From sequence record CM128224.1: DNA of 32,000 nt. One strand, 5' to 3'. The notes beneath the pieces are model-generated. The model made no database searches. It was not told the origin of the DNA and saw only the letters and a list, made by a program, of their open reading frames with translations. Below are positions 1-10,529 of the stretch, piece by piece. The first letter of the stretch is position 1. Each line of letters starts with the position of its first letter. Made by a program: the position numbers and the translations under genes.

Positions 1-1
1 G

Positions 2-379
2 CGAAACGGTAAAAAATTATTAGCATATAGAATTATGTATGAAAGCATGAATAAAATTGCTGAAATTACAAAAAAAGATCCACTTGTAATACTTGAACAA
101 GCAATTCGAAACACAACACCACTTATTGAAGTAAAAGCTCGACGGGTAGGGGGCTCGACATATCAAGTTCCTATTGAAGTTCTTCCTGAACGGGGAACTA
201 CTTTAGCTATTCGTTGGATATTAACAGCTTGTCGTAATAATCACGGGAAACCAATGTCCGTTATATTAACCAATGAGTTAATTGATGCTTCTAATAAAGC
301 AGGTAATGCTGTGAAAAAAAAAGATGAAATCCATAGAATGGCAGAAGCCAATAAAGCGTTTGCAAAACAACGTTTTTAG
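2..379 (+). CDS. rps7: 30S ribosomal protein S7, 5' end cut by the window edge
   Basis: The frame is open from base 2 ([13 protein letters not shown]...), upstream of the tracked ATG at 35. It carries S7 motifs ([34 protein letters not shown]) and ends in TAG. Confidence 0.93.
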   Translation, partial: RNGKKLLAYRIMYESMNKIAEITKKDPLVILEQAIRNTTPLIEVKARRVGGSTYQVPIEVLPERGTTLAIRWILTACRNNHGKPMSVILTNELIDASNKAGNAVKKKDEIHRMAEANKAFAKQRF

Positions 380-498
380 ACTTGAAAAAATTTGAAGGTT
401 TTATTATAATTATTTGTTAATCAGGATTAATAATCTATTTCTTTAAATTGTTAAATTTTTAAAATTTGTATACAACATAACTAAAAAAGGACTTTTTT

Positions 499-1728
499 AT
501 GGCACGCACAAAATTTGAACGTAAAAAACCACACGTTAATATTGGTACTATTGGTCATGTGGATCATGGTAAAACAACATTAACTGCAGCAATTACTATG
601 GCATTAGCTGCACGTGATGGTGGAAAAGGTAAAAAATATGACGATATTGATTCTGCACCTGAAGAAAAAGCTCGTGGTATTACTATCAATACAGCTCATG
701 TAGAGTATGAAACAGAAAATCGCCATTACGCTCATGTAGACTGCCCTGGACATGCGGATTATGTAAAAAACATGATTACTGGTGCTGCTCAAATGGATGG
801 TGCTATTCTTGTTGTATCTGGTGCTGATGGCCCTATGCCACAAACTAAAGAACACATTCTTTTAGCAAAACAAGTAGGTGTTCCTAATATTGTAGTATTT
901 ATCAATAAAGAAGACCAAGTAGACGATATTGAATTAATTGAATTAGTAGAATTAGAGGTTCGTGAAACATTACAAAGATACGATTTTCCTGGTGATGAAG
1001 TACCGATGCTTCCTGGATCTGCACTTATGGCATTATCTGCGTTAACAGAAAATCCAAATATTAAACCTGGTGAGAACAAATGGGTTGATAAAATTTATAA
1101 ATTAATGGATACGGTTGATTCTTATATACCAACTCCAAAACGTAACGTAGAAAAACCATTTTTAATGGCAATTGAAGACGTTTTTTCTATTACTGGTCGT
1201 GGTACTGTTGCTACAGGTCGCGTAGAGCGTGGTGTTGTTAAAATCGGGGATACTGTAGAAATTATTGGTTTTGGTAGTACTAAAGTAACTACTGTAACTG
1301 GTTTAGAAATGTTTCAAAAAACACTTGATGAAAGTATGGCGGGGGATAATGTTGGTATTTTACTTCGTGGTATTCAAAAAGCTGATATCCAACGTGGAAT
1401 GGTTTTAGCAAAACCAAAAAGTATTAAACCACATACTAGTTTTGAAGCACAAGTTTACGTTTTAACCAAAGACGAAGGTGGACGTGATACACCTTTTTTT
1501 AAAGGATATCGACCACAATTTTACGTAAGAACAACAGACGTAACTGGTAAAATCGCATCTTTTTCTACTGACGCTGGTGAGCCTCTTAAAATGGTATTAC
1601 CTGGCGACCGTATTCAAATGACAGTAGAATTAATTCAACCTATTGCTATTGAACGCAATATGAGATTTGCTATTCGTGAAGGTGGTAAAACAGTAGGTGC
1701 TGGTGTTGTAGTAAAAATTTTACAATAA
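499..1728 (+). CDS. tufA: Elongation factor Tu
   Basis: 409 aa with GTPase motifs [13 protein letters not shown] and NKED. Full-length EF-Tu architecture. Confidence 0.98.
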   Translation: MARTKFERKKPHVNIGTIGHVDHGKTTLTAAITMALAARDGGKGKKYDDIDSAPEEKARGITINTAHVEYETENRHYAHVDCPGHADYVKNMITGAAQMDGAILVVSGADGPMPQTKEHILLAKQVGVPNIVVFINKEDQVDDIELIELVELEVRETLQRYDFPGDEVPMLPGSALMALSALTENPNIKPGENKWVDKIYKLMDTVDSYIPTPKRNVEKPFLMAIEDVFSITGRGTVATGRVERGVVKIGDTVEIIGFGSTKVTTVTGLEMFQKTLDESMAGDNVGILLRGIQKADIQRGMVLAKPKSIKPHTSFEAQVYVLTKDEGGRDTPFFKGYRPQFYVRTTDVTGKIASFSTDAGEPLKMVLPGDRIQMTVELIQPIAIERNMRFAIREGGKTVGAGVVVKILQ

Positions 1729-1731
1729 AAT

Positions 1732-1773
1732 AAAACTCAATATATATTTAAAAATAAATATATATTGAGTTTT
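1732..1773 (+). terminator. Perfect 19-bp stem-loop immediately 3' of tufA
   Basis: aaaactcaatatatattta (1732-1750) is the exact reverse complement of 1755-1773, with a 4-nt loop. A role in 3'-end processing or stability is inferred. Confidence 0.6.
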
Positions 1774-1793
1774 ATTGATAAAAAAAAATATAT

Positions 1794-2183
1794 ATGAACA
1801 ATTTTCAAAATATTATAAAAAAGATTGAATATAAATTTTCAAAAAACCAATTACCTGAGATAAAAGTCGGCGATTTTATCCGTCTTGGTATTTCTATTCA
1901 AGAATCCGGAAAACAACGTGTACAACCTTTTGAAGGAACAGTAATTGCTCTACATAAAGCAGGTTTAAATACCACAGTTACTGTAAGAAAAATTTTACAA
2001 GGTATTGGTGTTGAGCGCGTATTTCCGATACATGCTTCTTGCGTTACAAGTATTCATATTTTACGTCGATCTCAAGTATCACGTGCAAAACTTTATTATC
2101 TTCGTAATCGAATAGGTAAAGCAACTCGATTAAAAGAAAAATTTGATAAATTACCACCAATTTGGGTTGCGAAATCTTCTTAA
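1794..2183 (+). CDS. rpl19: 50S ribosomal protein L19
   Basis: 129 aa with L19 signatures GDxIxL...RVQxFEGxVIA and VRK...GVERVFP. Confidence 0.9.
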   Translation: MNNFQNIIKKIEYKFSKNQLPEIKVGDFIRLGISIQESGKQRVQPFEGTVIALHKAGLNTTVTVRKILQGIGVERVFPIHASCVTSIHILRRSQVSRAKLYYLRNRIGKATRLKEKFDKLPPIWVAKSS

Positions 2184-2226
2184 TAAACAAACGCGTGCTA
2201 AGTTACATTAACAAAATTAAAAAGAA

Positions 2227-2793
2227 ATGACAACACAAAAAGAAAGTCTCTATTATACTGTTTCTGGCGCTCGGCGATTTAGTAATTATTTTTGGGGATC
2301 TTTAATGTTTATCGGTGGAATAGGATTTTTAGCAGTAGGAAGCTTAAGTGCTTTAAACATAAATGATCAATTATTTATATTTAAAGCACCTAATATTCAA
2401 TTTATTCCGCAAGGGTTAGTTATGTGTTTTTATGGACTCATAGGTTTATTATTAGGAATTTATATTTGGTTAACTATTATTTGGAATTTAGGTCACGGGT
2501 ATAACGAATTTAATTTAAAAACAGATGAGGTTCGTGTTTTTAGGTGGGGCTTTCCGGGAAATAATAGACGTATTGACTTAAGATACCCGATTAAAGATGT
2601 TCAAAGTATTAGAGTTGAAATAAAAGAAGGGATTAATACAAAACGGGCTATTTTTTTAAAATTACGAGGTAATCGTGAAATTCCTTTAATTGGGGCTGGG
2701 CAACCAATGAGTATACAAGAAATTGAAACACAAGCTACTGATATAGCTAAATTATTAAAAGTGTCTTTAGAAATTTCTGAATTAGCTTCTTAA
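2227..2793 (+). CDS. ycf4: Photosystem I assembly protein Ycf4
   Basis: 188 aa. The N-terminus (RRFSNYFWGSLMFIGGIGF) with two TM helices followed by a soluble C-terminal domain is typical of Ycf4. Confidence 0.9.
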   Translation: MTTQKESLYYTVSGARRFSNYFWGSLMFIGGIGFLAVGSLSALNINDQLFIFKAPNIQFIPQGLVMCFYGLIGLLLGIYIWLTIIWNLGHGYNEFNLKTDEVRVFRWGFPGNNRRIDLRYPIKDVQSIRVEIKEGINTKRAIFLKLRGNREIPLIGAGQPMSIQEIETQATDIAKLLKVSLEISELAS

Positions 2794-2867
2794 TATAAAA
2801 TTTTGATTTAATAATAAAAAAATACAACAATTTTTTGTTAAAATATTATAAAATCTATTAAAAAAAG

Positions 2868-3680
2868 ATGAGATATGAAGCTGTAGAACGAATTGGATTA
2901 ATACCAAGATCCATTATTCGTACTTTAGATAAATTAAAAAAACAATTATTGCCTGGTGTAGAAGTACTAGCTATTGAAGAATATAGAATATCGCGCTATC
3001 AACTTATTGTATCTGTTCAATCTTTATTAATTTTATTTCTTGTTCCACCTTTAGTAAACATAAGTTTGAAATTTTTGCTAATTAGACCTATTGTAGAACA
3101 TTACTGGAATCGTCCCGGTAATGAGATTTTTTTGAATTCTGATCAAAAAAAGCGTGCATTAAAAGAATTTAATTTTGCTCATGAAATTATTTATTTTGAT
3201 TCACTTGTTGATGATGATTTTTTTGACACAAACAAAAACATAGGTCAATCATTACAAAAAAAAATTTTTGAAATTACACAAACTTATAATGAGCAAAGTA
3301 TTAGAGCAATTACTAATTTAATTGCAGATTTTTGCAGTATTTTCAGTATATTTATTATATTCTCTTCGATGAAACCTCAAATGATTATTTTGCAATCATT
3401 TTTGGCGGAATCTCTCTATAGTTTTAGTGATACTACAAAATCCTTTTTATTAATTTTAGGGACAGATTTACTTGTTGGTTTTCATTCACCAAGAGGTTGG
3501 AATATTTTTTTAAAGTGGATTTTTATACATTTTGGCTTTTCTGAGAGTAGTCTATTTTTATCGCTATTTGTATCAACATTTCCAGTTTTTTTAGATACAA
3601 TCTTTAAATATTGGGTCTTTAGATCTTTAAATAGAATATCTCCTTCTACTGTTGCTACTTACCATAATATGCTAGAATAA
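2868..3680 (+). CDS. cemA: Chloroplast envelope membrane protein CemA (Ycf10)
   Basis: 270 aa. The conserved C-terminal block is HSPRGW...FPVFLDTIFKYWVFRSLNRISPSTVATYHNM. Confidence 0.88.
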   Translation: MRYEAVERIGLIPRSIIRTLDKLKKQLLPGVEVLAIEEYRISRYQLIVSVQSLLILFLVPPLVNISLKFLLIRPIVEHYWNRPGNEIFLNSDQKKRALKEFNFAHEIIYFDSLVDDDFFDTNKNIGQSLQKKIFEITQTYNEQSIRAITNLIADFCSIFSIFIIFSSMKPQMIILQSFLAESLYSFSDTTKSFLLILGTDLLVGFHSPRGWNIFLKWIFIHFGFSESSLFLSLFVSTFPVFLDTIFKYWVFRSLNRISPSTVATYHNMLE

Positions 3681-3730
3681 AATGATTAATAATGTTAAAA
3701 TTATCTAATTTTAACATTATTAATCATTTT
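3679..3730 (+). terminator. Perfect 25-bp palindrome overlapping the cemA stop codon
   Basis: 3679-3703 (aaaatgattaataatgttaaaatta) is the exact reverse complement of 3706-3730. Confidence 0.55.
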
Positions 3731-3889
3731 TAATTATTTATTAATAGTGTGATAGCTTGTTATTGTATTAGATGATATACAAATAGATTTTATTATAAAC
3801 GGCCTATTTTAGCATTTATACGATTAATATTATTTAGTATAAAAATAAACAAATGCAATTCTTATTATTTAAGGAGAATTTTTAAAATT

Positions 3890-4150
3890 ATGATGTTAGA
3901 TTTATTGCAATATCCAGTAATAAAAACTCCGAAAGCTACCCGTTTACTTGAAAATAATCAATTTAGTTTTGATATAGATAAAAAACTTACAAAACCCCAA
4001 ATAAAAAAGCTAGTTGAAGACTATTTTAATATTAAAGTTTTGGCGGTAAATACACACCGACCACCACGAAAATTAAAACGTTCAAATTCTTCACCACGCT
4101 CAAAACGGGTAATTATTACAGTAAGTTCAAATGTTAATTTATTAAGCTAA
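3890..4150 (+). CDS. rpl23: 50S ribosomal protein L23
   Basis: 86 aa, L23-like ([13 protein letters not shown]..., [16 protein letters not shown]). AAGGAG lies 13 nt upstream. It is the first gene of the S10/spc-like cluster. Confidence 0.9.
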   Translation: MMLDLLQYPVIKTPKATRLLENNQFSFDIDKKLTKPQIKKLVEDYFNIKVLAVNTHRPPRKLKRSNSSPRSKRVIITVSSNVNLLS

Positions 4151-4187
4151 TATGTATTTATTATAAATTTTTAATATAAAACAAAGT

Positions 4188-5009
4188 ATGGCTATTCGTT
4201 TTTTTAAACCGTCTACTCCAGGAAGTCGTCACGGTTCAGTATTAAATTTTGATGAGATTTCATCAAAAAAACCCGAAAAAAAATTAACTAAGGGTTGGTC
4301 TCGGTCTCAAGGTCGAAATAACAAAGGTATTATTACAAGTAGGCATCGTGGTGGTGGTCATAAAAGATTATATAGAAAAATCGATTTTACAAGAAATAAA
4401 ATTGGGGTTTCTGCTACAGTAAAAAATATTGAATATGATCCAAACCGTACTGCACGCATTGCATTAGTTTCTTATAACGATGGCGAAAAACGCTACATTA
4501 TATCCCCTCTTGGATTAAAAATCGGAGAAAAATTACTTTCTTCACCTAATGCCTCTATAACTATTGGCAATACTTTACCATTATCTAATATTCCATTAGG
4601 GACTTCTGTTCATAACGTTGAACTCCAACCCGGAGCTGGTGGTCAATTTGTAAGATCAGCTGGTTCTGTAGCACAAATCGTAGCAAAAGAAGGCCGCTGG
4701 GTTACACTTCGTTTACCATCAGGCGAGTCTCGATTAATTTCTGAAAAATGCTGGGCTACTATTGGTCGTGTTGGAAATATCGATAATTCTAATATAACAT
4801 TAGGAAAAGCAGGCAGAAGTCGTTGGTTAAGTCGACGCCCCCACGTCCGAGGTTCAGCTATGAATCCAGTAGATCACCCACATGGTGGTGGTGAAGGAAA
4901 AGCACCTATTGGTCGGGCTCGTCCAGTAAGTTTATGGGGTAAGCCAGCATTAGGTGTAAAAACCCGTAAACGTAAAAAATTTAGTAACAAACTAATTGTT
5001 AATTTCTAA
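4188..5009 (+). CDS. rpl2: 50S ribosomal protein L2, no intron
   Basis: 273 aa with the motifs GRNNxGx[11 protein letters not shown] and [13 protein letters not shown]. Confidence 0.97.
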   Translation: MAIRFFKPSTPGSRHGSVLNFDEISSKKPEKKLTKGWSRSQGRNNKGIITSRHRGGGHKRLYRKIDFTRNKIGVSATVKNIEYDPNRTARIALVSYNDGEKRYIISPLGLKIGEKLLSSPNASITIGNTLPLSNIPLGTSVHNVELQPGAGGQFVRSAGSVAQIVAKEGRWVTLRLPSGESRLISEKCWATIGRVGNIDNSNITLGKAGRSRWLSRRPHVRGSAMNPVDHPHGGGEGKAPIGRARPVSLWGKPALGVKTRKRKKFSNKLIVNF

Positions 5010-5107
5010 TTTTATATTCGTTTTGTGTTTTTAGAGAAGGTTTTTAAAAACCTTTAAATATTTGTTTGTAAAAAAATAAATAATATTTTAAATTTATCAC
5101 TAATTAT

Positions 5108-5386
5108 ATGACACGATCATTAAAAAAAATTCCTTTTGTAGCAAATCATTTGTTTAAAAAAATTGAACGATTAAATAGTCAAGGTAAAAAAAAAGTAGTA
5201 AAAACATGGTCCCGAGCCTCAACGATTGTTCCATTAATGATAGGACATACGATTGCTGTGCATAATGGCCGCCAACATATTCCACTTTTTATTACAGATC
5301 AAATGGTTGGGCATAAATTAGGTGAATTTGCCCCTACTCGCACTTTTAAAGGGCACGTAAAAAAAGATAAAAAAACAAAAAGATAA
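5108..5386 (+). CDS. rps19: 30S ribosomal protein S19
   Basis: 92 aa with the motifs [22 protein letters not shown] and [16 protein letters not shown]. Confidence 0.96.
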   Translation: MTRSLKKIPFVANHLFKKIERLNSQGKKKVVKTWSRASTIVPLMIGHTIAVHNGRQHIPLFITDQMVGHKLGEFAPTRTFKGHVKKDKKTKR

Positions 5387-5393
5387 TTAATAT

Positions 5394-6119
5394 ATGGGAC
5401 AAAAAGTACATCCTTTGGGATTTCGTCTTGGTATTACTCAAAAACATAAAAATTATTGGTGTACAAAATCTCAAACATCAGCACTTTGGGTTCAAGATGC
5501 AAGTTTTATTCGAAATTATATAGAAAAAGCTTTTTTTGGAGCAGGTATTATTAATATTGAAATTCAAAGACGTGAAATTGAATACCCTTTTATAAGCATT
5601 AAAATTCATGCAGCACGACCAAATATTTTTTTAAATCGTAACTCTTTTTCTAAAAAAACTACAAAATCAAATTGGTCAGAAGGTTTATCACAATTAAGAG
5701 ATAATTTATTAAAACATCTTAAAAAATTTTATAAAGTAAGAAACTTGCCAGACCCTGGAAAAATTTTTTGTACGATTTCTATAAATTCAACTAATAATCC
5801 AGATATACATGCAATGGTACTTGCAGAAAAATTAGTTGATGATTTGCAACAACGAAAACCTTATCGAAAAGCTATGAGACAAGTTGTTCGGAAAGCAATA
5901 AAAGCTGGTGTTAAGGGTATTAAAGTAAAAATTTCTGGTCGTTTAAATGGGGCAGATATTGCTCGTTCTGAAGATTTACGAAGTGGACCAGTACCATTAC
6001 AAACATTACGCGCTGAAATAGATTATTCCGAAAAATCAGCAAAAACTATTTATGGCCTTTTAGGTATTAAAATTTGGGTTTTCCGCGGTGAGCGTTTAAC
6101 TCCATTAAGTAATCTATAA
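5394..6119 (+). CDS. rps3: 30S ribosomal protein S3
   Basis: 241 aa with MGQKVHPLGFRLG at the N-terminus and GRLNGADIARSE in the C-terminal domain. It follows rps19 directly, with no rpl22 in between. Confidence 0.93.
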   Translation: MGQKVHPLGFRLGITQKHKNYWCTKSQTSALWVQDASFIRNYIEKAFFGAGIINIEIQRREIEYPFISIKIHAARPNIFLNRNSFSKKTTKSNWSEGLSQLRDNLLKHLKKFYKVRNLPDPGKIFCTISINSTNNPDIHAMVLAEKLVDDLQQRKPYRKAMRQVVRKAIKAGVKGIKVKISGRLNGADIARSEDLRSGPVPLQTLRAEIDYSEKSAKTIYGLLGIKIWVFRGERLTPLSNL

Positions 6120-6173
6120 AGTTACAAATTTTATAGTATTATAAATTAATAAATTCTAAATTTTATATAACAT

Positions 6174-6587
6174 ATGCTTAGTCCCAAAAAAACAAAATAT
6201 CGTAAATACCATCGTGGTCGCATGTCTGGAAAAGCCTTACGCGGTAATAAATTAGTGTTTGGTGACTATGGATTACAGGCTTTAGAGTGTTCATGGATCA
6301 CATCTAGACAAATTGAAGCAGCTCGACGTGCTGTAACACGCCAAGTTCGTCGTGGTGGTAAATTATGGATTAGATTATTTCCAGATAAACCCGTAACAAT
6401 GAGACCTGCAGAGACACGAATGGGTTCTGGGAAAGGAGCGCCTGAATACTGGGTTGCGGTAGTAAAACCTGGTAAAGTTCTTTATGAGTTAAAAGGGGTT
6501 CCGGAGACTAGTGCCCGTACGGCTTTAAAATTAGCAGCTTCTAAATTACCAATTAAAACACAAATTCTTTTAAAAAAATCAATTTAG
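6174..6587 (+). CDS. rpl16: 50S ribosomal protein L16, no intron
   Basis: 137 aa with the motifs [17 protein letters not shown], RQIEAARRA and RMGSGKG. Stop codon is TAG. Confidence 0.96.
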   Translation: MLSPKKTKYRKYHRGRMSGKALRGNKLVFGDYGLQALECSWITSRQIEAARRAVTRQVRRGGKLWIRLFPDKPVTMRPAETRMGSGKGAPEYWVAVVKPGKVLYELKGVPETSARTALKLAASKLPIKTQILLKKSI

Positions 6588-6702
6588 TTTTAATTGATTT
6601 TTTTTTATAAAAAGGTTGATTTTTTAAATCTATATACTTTTTATAAAAAAAAATTACTGTTTTCTTAAAAAATATTTTAAAAGAACCAATAAATAAATTA
6701 TT

Positions 6703-7071
6703 ATGATTCAACCACAATCTTATCTTCGAGTAGCAGATAATACAGGGGCTCGTGAAATAATGTGCATTCGAGTATTAAGTGGTGCTAAACAACAAGCTGC
6801 TGGTATTGGGGATATTATTATAGCTGTAGTAAAAGATGCGGCCCCAAATATGTTAATTAAAAAATCAGATGTTGTTCGTGCTGTTATTGTACGGACAAGA
6901 AAAAATGTACGTCGAAAAAACGGAACAAGTATCCGGTTTGATGAAAATGCGGCCGTTATTATAAATAAAGAATCAAATCCTCGCGGTACTCGAGTTTTTG
7001 GGCCAGTAGCCCGAGAATTACGTGATGGTAATTTTACAAAAATTATATCATTAGCACCAGAAGTTTTATAA
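6703..7071 (+). CDS. rpl14: 50S ribosomal protein L14
   Basis: 122 aa with the motifs [17 protein letters not shown] and [11 protein letters not shown]. Confidence 0.97.
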   Translation: MIQPQSYLRVADNTGAREIMCIRVLSGAKQQAAGIGDIIIAVVKDAAPNMLIKKSDVVRAVIVRTRKNVRRKNGTSIRFDENAAVIINKESNPRGTRVFGPVARELRDGNFTKIISLAPEVL

Positions 7072-7157
7072 ATTTTATTTTTTTTTTATTATTTATTTAA
7101 TTCGCTATTTTAGTATTCTTATATTCTCTTTTAATTAAAATTTATAAAAAAATTAAT

Positions 7158-7712
7158 ATGGTACAACGACTTCAACAATATTATCAAAAGGAAATAGTTC
7201 CCCAACTTTTTAAAGAATATCAATATAAAAACAAACACCAAGTACCACATATTAAAAAAATTATAATTAATCGTGGTCTAGGTGATGCTTCTCAAAACGC
7301 AAAACTTTTAGAATCTTGTAATAAAGAAATTTGCAGTATAACTGGACAACAAGGTGTAATTACACGTTCAAAAAAACCAATTGCAGCTTTTAAACTTCGA
7401 CAAAAAATGCCAGTAGGTATTGTTGTTACCCTTCGAGGTGACCGTATGTATGCTTTTTTAGACCGGTTAATTAATTTAGCATTACCACGTATACGCGATT
7501 TTCAAGGAGTTAATCCTAAAAGTTTTGATGGTCATGGAAACTATAATTTAGGTTTAGAAGAACAACTTATGTTTCCTGAAATTGATTATGATAAAATTAA
7601 TCAAATTCGAGGTATGGATATATCAATAGTAACTACATCCACAACAGATGGGCAGGCTATGAGTTTGTTACAAGCATTTGGCATGCCTTTTAAAGATAAA
7701 TCTAAAAAATAA
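7158..7712 (+). CDS. rpl5: 50S ribosomal protein L5
   Basis: 184 aa with the motifs INRGLGDA, LPRIRDFxG and GMDISIVTT. Confidence 0.95.
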   Translation: MVQRLQQYYQKEIVPQLFKEYQYKNKHQVPHIKKIIINRGLGDASQNAKLLESCNKEICSITGQQGVITRSKKPIAAFKLRQKMPVGIVVTLRGDRMYAFLDRLINLALPRIRDFQGVNPKSFDGHGNYNLGLEEQLMFPEIDYDKINQIRGMDISIVTTSTTDGQAMSLLQAFGMPFKDKSKK

Positions 7713-7785
7713 AAATCATCTAAGTTGATCGCTAAATAATTATCTTTAAACCCTTTTTAAATATTTATTAAAAAAATTCAAAAAT

Positions 7786-8202
7786 ATGATAACTGATACA
7801 ATTAGTGATATGTTGACCCGAATTCGAAACGCAAATTTAGTATCTAAACCTACAGTATTAATTGCTAATACCAAAATAAATCAAAAAATTTGCGAAATAT
7901 TACAACAAGAAGGCTTTATAGCTGGTTTTTCCGTTTTAGATATAAACAAAAACGAATTAATCGTTAGTCTTAAATATAAGAAAACGGGTTTAATATCAAA
8001 TGGCTCTGCTGGTAAACCTTGTATTACAAATTTAAAAAGAATTAGTAAACCCGGTTTACGAATTTATTCAAATTATAAAGAAATTCCTAAAATTTTAGGT
8101 GGGTTAGGAATTATTATTATTTCAACTTCAAAAGGATTAATGACAGATAAAGAAGCTCGAAACTCTCACCTTGGTGGTGAATTAGTTTGTTCTATATGGT
8201 AA
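7786..8202 (+). CDS. rps8: 30S ribosomal protein S8
   Basis: 138 aa with the motifs DTISDMLTRIRNA, SKPGLRIY and GGELVCSIW. Confidence 0.95.
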   Translation: MITDTISDMLTRIRNANLVSKPTVLIANTKINQKICEILQQEGFIAGFSVLDINKNELIVSLKYKKTGLISNGSAGKPCITNLKRISKPGLRIYSNYKEIPKILGGLGIIIISTSKGLMTDKEARNSHLGGELVCSIW

Positions 8203-8310
8203 ATTAAATAAATTTAGTTTTATTTAAATTATCCTAATTTTTTAGCTTTTTTTTAATATAAAAAATCAGTAATACTTGTTGCCTTATAAAAAAAATAATC
8301 GGAGGTTAAA

Positions 8311-8562
8311 GTGTATTTAAATAAAAGTTCACGTCTTGATGCTTTAGAGATGGAAGGTGTGATAACCCAATGTTTATCTAATGGTCTTTTTAGGGTTAAA
8401 TTAAAAGATAATGGGGTTTTAATATTAGCACACATTTCGGGCAAAATTCGACAAAGATATATTCGAATATTATTAGGAGATCGGGTTATTGTGGAATTAA
8501 GCCCATATGATTTAAAACGTGGGCGTATTACTCATCGCTTTCGGTCGGGAAAAAAAAAATAA
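8311..8562 (+). CDS. infA: Translation initiation factor IF-1
   Basis: The S1-like IF1 core is [63 protein letters not shown]. The GTG start has GGAGG 5 nt upstream. An in-frame ATG at 8350 is an alternative start. Confidence 0.9.
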   Translation: MYLNKSSRLDALEMEGVITQCLSNGLFRVKLKDNGVLILAHISGKIRQRYIRILLGDRVIVELSPYDLKRGRITHRFRSGKKK

Positions 8563-8585
8563 AACCAATTACAATTTTTAAATTT

Positions 8586-8699
8586 ATGAAAGTTCGTCCT
8601 GGAGTTCGAAAAATGTGCGAAAAATGTCGTTTAATTCGTCGTAAGGGAGTTTTACGTATTATTTGCCAAAACCCAAAACACAAGCAAAAGCAAGGTTAA
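8586..8699 (+). CDS. rpl36: 50S ribosomal protein L36 (37 aa), not in the ORF track
   Basis: Hand translation gives [37 protein letters not shown]. It has the C-x2-C...C-x4-H zinc-ribbon pattern and the expected position between infA and rps11. Confidence 0.95.
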   Translation: MKVRPGVRKMCEKCRLIRRKGVLRIICQNPKHKQKQG

Positions 8700-8828
8700 A
8701 GCGTTATATCATTTAGTTCTGAGAAACTCAAATGATATACTATTGTATAAAATTTTGTATTACATTAAAATTATTATTAATAATTCTATTTGATAATAAT
8801 TTTAAATTATTAAAAAAAATATATAAAT

Positions 8829-9221
8829 ATGCCAAAAAAAGTTGAAAAAATTTCAAAAAAAAAATTTAAAGAAAAAGTAATACGGGGAGTTGCTCATATT
8901 CAATCGACTTTTAATAACACTATAGTTACAATTACAAATCCTAAAGGTAATGTTTTAGCTTGGGCGTCTTCAGGTACATCTGGATTTAAAGGTGCTCGAA
9001 AAAAAACTCCTTTAGCTGCAAAGCAAGCTGCGGAAAATGTGGCACAAATTTGCGTTAGTCAAGGTATGAAAGAACTTATTGTTAGGATTAAAGGGGCTGG
9101 GGTTGGTCGAGAAGCAGCGTTACGGGGATTACGTGATGCTGGATTAACTATTACTGTTATTCGTGATATTACACCAATTCCACATAATGGTTGTCGACCG
9201 CCTAAAAAGCGTAGAATTTAA
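8829..9221 (+). CDS. rps11: 30S ribosomal protein S11
   Basis: 130 aa with the motifs [22 protein letters not shown] and [12 protein letters not shown]. Confidence 0.96.
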   Translation: MPKKVEKISKKKFKEKVIRGVAHIQSTFNNTIVTITNPKGNVLAWASSGTSGFKGARKKTPLAAKQAAENVAQICVSQGMKELIVRIKGAGVGREAALRGLRDAGLTITVIRDITPIPHNGCRPPKKRRI

Positions 9222-9278
9222 ATATAAAATATACATATAAATTTTTACACGCTAAAAACCATAATAACTATAATTTAT

Positions 9279-10016
9279 ATGAATAAAAAAAAATTAGAAA
9301 AAAAATTTATTTCGTTTGTAGAATCAAAAACATTAGATTCTGGGCAAATGTACGCTCGGTTTCATTTAGGTCTTTTTTTAAAAGACCATGCATTAAGTTT
9401 TTCAAATGCCATTCGACGGAATTTAATAGCAGGTGTTCCAGGTTTAGTTTTAACAGATATAACTTTTTTAGGAACTCGCCACGAATTTGATATTATTCCA
9501 GGAGTTCACGAGACTCTATTTGACATTATTGAAAATCTTAAAGAAATTGTTTTTACCCATACTAGCGAAAATATCCATTGTTTGGTATCTGGTCAAAAAG
9601 AAATGGAAGCTTTTTTAAAAATACAGGGACCAAAAATAGCGACTGCAGGTGATATAAAATTTCCCCCAAATATTAGTTGTGTCGTACCATCTCAACATAT
9701 AGCTTCAGTTAGTTGGGATGGGGAATTATCCCTTAGTTTGAAAATTGCATTAGTTGATCCTAATAAATTTCAACCATTTATAAACCCGCAAGAATTTATA
9801 GATGATTATAAAGTTTTTAATGTACAACGTTTCCCAAGCCCTATAAAACAAACTAATTTTTTTATTCAAAAAGTAAGTACAAAGCAAGAATTTGAATATC
9901 TTATCTTAGAAATTATAACAGATGGTAGTATTCATCCAAAACAAGCTTTGCAATATAGCTTATATAAACTTACAAAATTATTTTTTGATTTTACGCTTGT
10001 TAGTTTATCTCTTTAA
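9279..10016 (+). CDS. rpoA: RNA polymerase alpha subunit, N-terminal domain only (245 aa)
   Basis: The alpha-NTD motifs are present (GxxFxNAIRRxLIAGVPG and LILEIITDGSIHPKQAL at the end of the NTD). The stop comes about 25 aa later, and rps9 follows. No alpha-CTD is encoded here. Confidence 0.85.
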   Translation: MNKKKLEKKFISFVESKTLDSGQMYARFHLGLFLKDHALSFSNAIRRNLIAGVPGLVLTDITFLGTRHEFDIIPGVHETLFDIIENLKEIVFTHTSENIHCLVSGQKEMEAFLKIQGPKIATAGDIKFPPNISCVVPSQHIASVSWDGELSLSLKIALVDPNKFQPFINPQEFIDDYKVFNVQRFPSPIKQTNFFIQKVSTKQEFEYLILEIITDGSIHPKQALQYSLYKLTKLFFDFTLVSLSL

Positions 10017-10124
10017 AAAAATTTAATTTTTTAGAGAGTTAGTAAAAAATATAAATTATTCTAGATTAGTAAAAATAATTTTTTGTATTTATGCTACAAA
10101 AAATTTAAGGAGAATTTTTTAATA

Positions 10125-10529
10125 ATGTCATCAATTAAACATGAATTAATACATTCAGGTGGGAGAAAAACAGCTTCCGCTCGTGTAAAGTTAAGTCCTA
10201 GTGCAACTGAAAATCTTTTTATAAATGGGAAACCAGCTGAACTTTATTTTCAAAATAATAAAGCATTATTACATAATATATTTCAAGTATATCAACTAAT
10301 AGAAACCTCGACTAAATATAATGCTTATATTTCTGTCAATGGGGGTGGTTTAAGTGCACAAGCTCAAGCTATTAGATTAACATTATGTAAAGCGTTTATC
10401 GAACTTATTCCAGAATTAAGAGCTTCTTTTAAAGCGCAAGGTTTTTTAACTCGGGATGCTCGTATTAAAGAACGACGTAAATATGGATTAAAAAAAGCGC
10501 GAAAAGCCCCACAATACTCAAAACGTTAA
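10125..10529 (+). CDS. rps9: 30S ribosomal protein S9
   Basis: The sequence runs MSSIKHELIHSGGRKTASARVKL...GGGLSAQAQAIRL...TRDARIKERRKYGLKKARKAPQYSKR. The ATG at 10125 is preceded by AAGGAG. The track's TTG-extended start at 10083 is unlikely. Confidence 0.93.
   Translation: MSSIKHELIHSGGRKTASARVKLSPSATENLFINGKPAELYFQNNKALLHNIFQVYQLIETSTKYNAYISVNGGGLSAQAQAIRLTLCKAFIELIPELRASFKAQGFLTRDARIKERRKYGLKKARKAPQYSKR

Noticed and set aside
604-1079. Two minus-strand ORFs (83 and 96 aa) inside tufA
   Set aside because: They are antisense to a strongly conserved gene. Their sequences are low-complexity (S/T/I/N-rich), typical of the reverse frame of an AT-rich CDS, with no recognisable family.
8253-8444. 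63-aa minus-strand ORF overlapping the infA start
   Set aside because: It is antisense to infA and its SD region, and has no recognisable motifs.
10083-10124. TTG-initiated 14-codon N-terminal extension of rps9 in the ORF track
   Set aside because: S9 homology begins at the ATG at 10125, which has an AAGGAG box. That box would sit inside the proposed extension.
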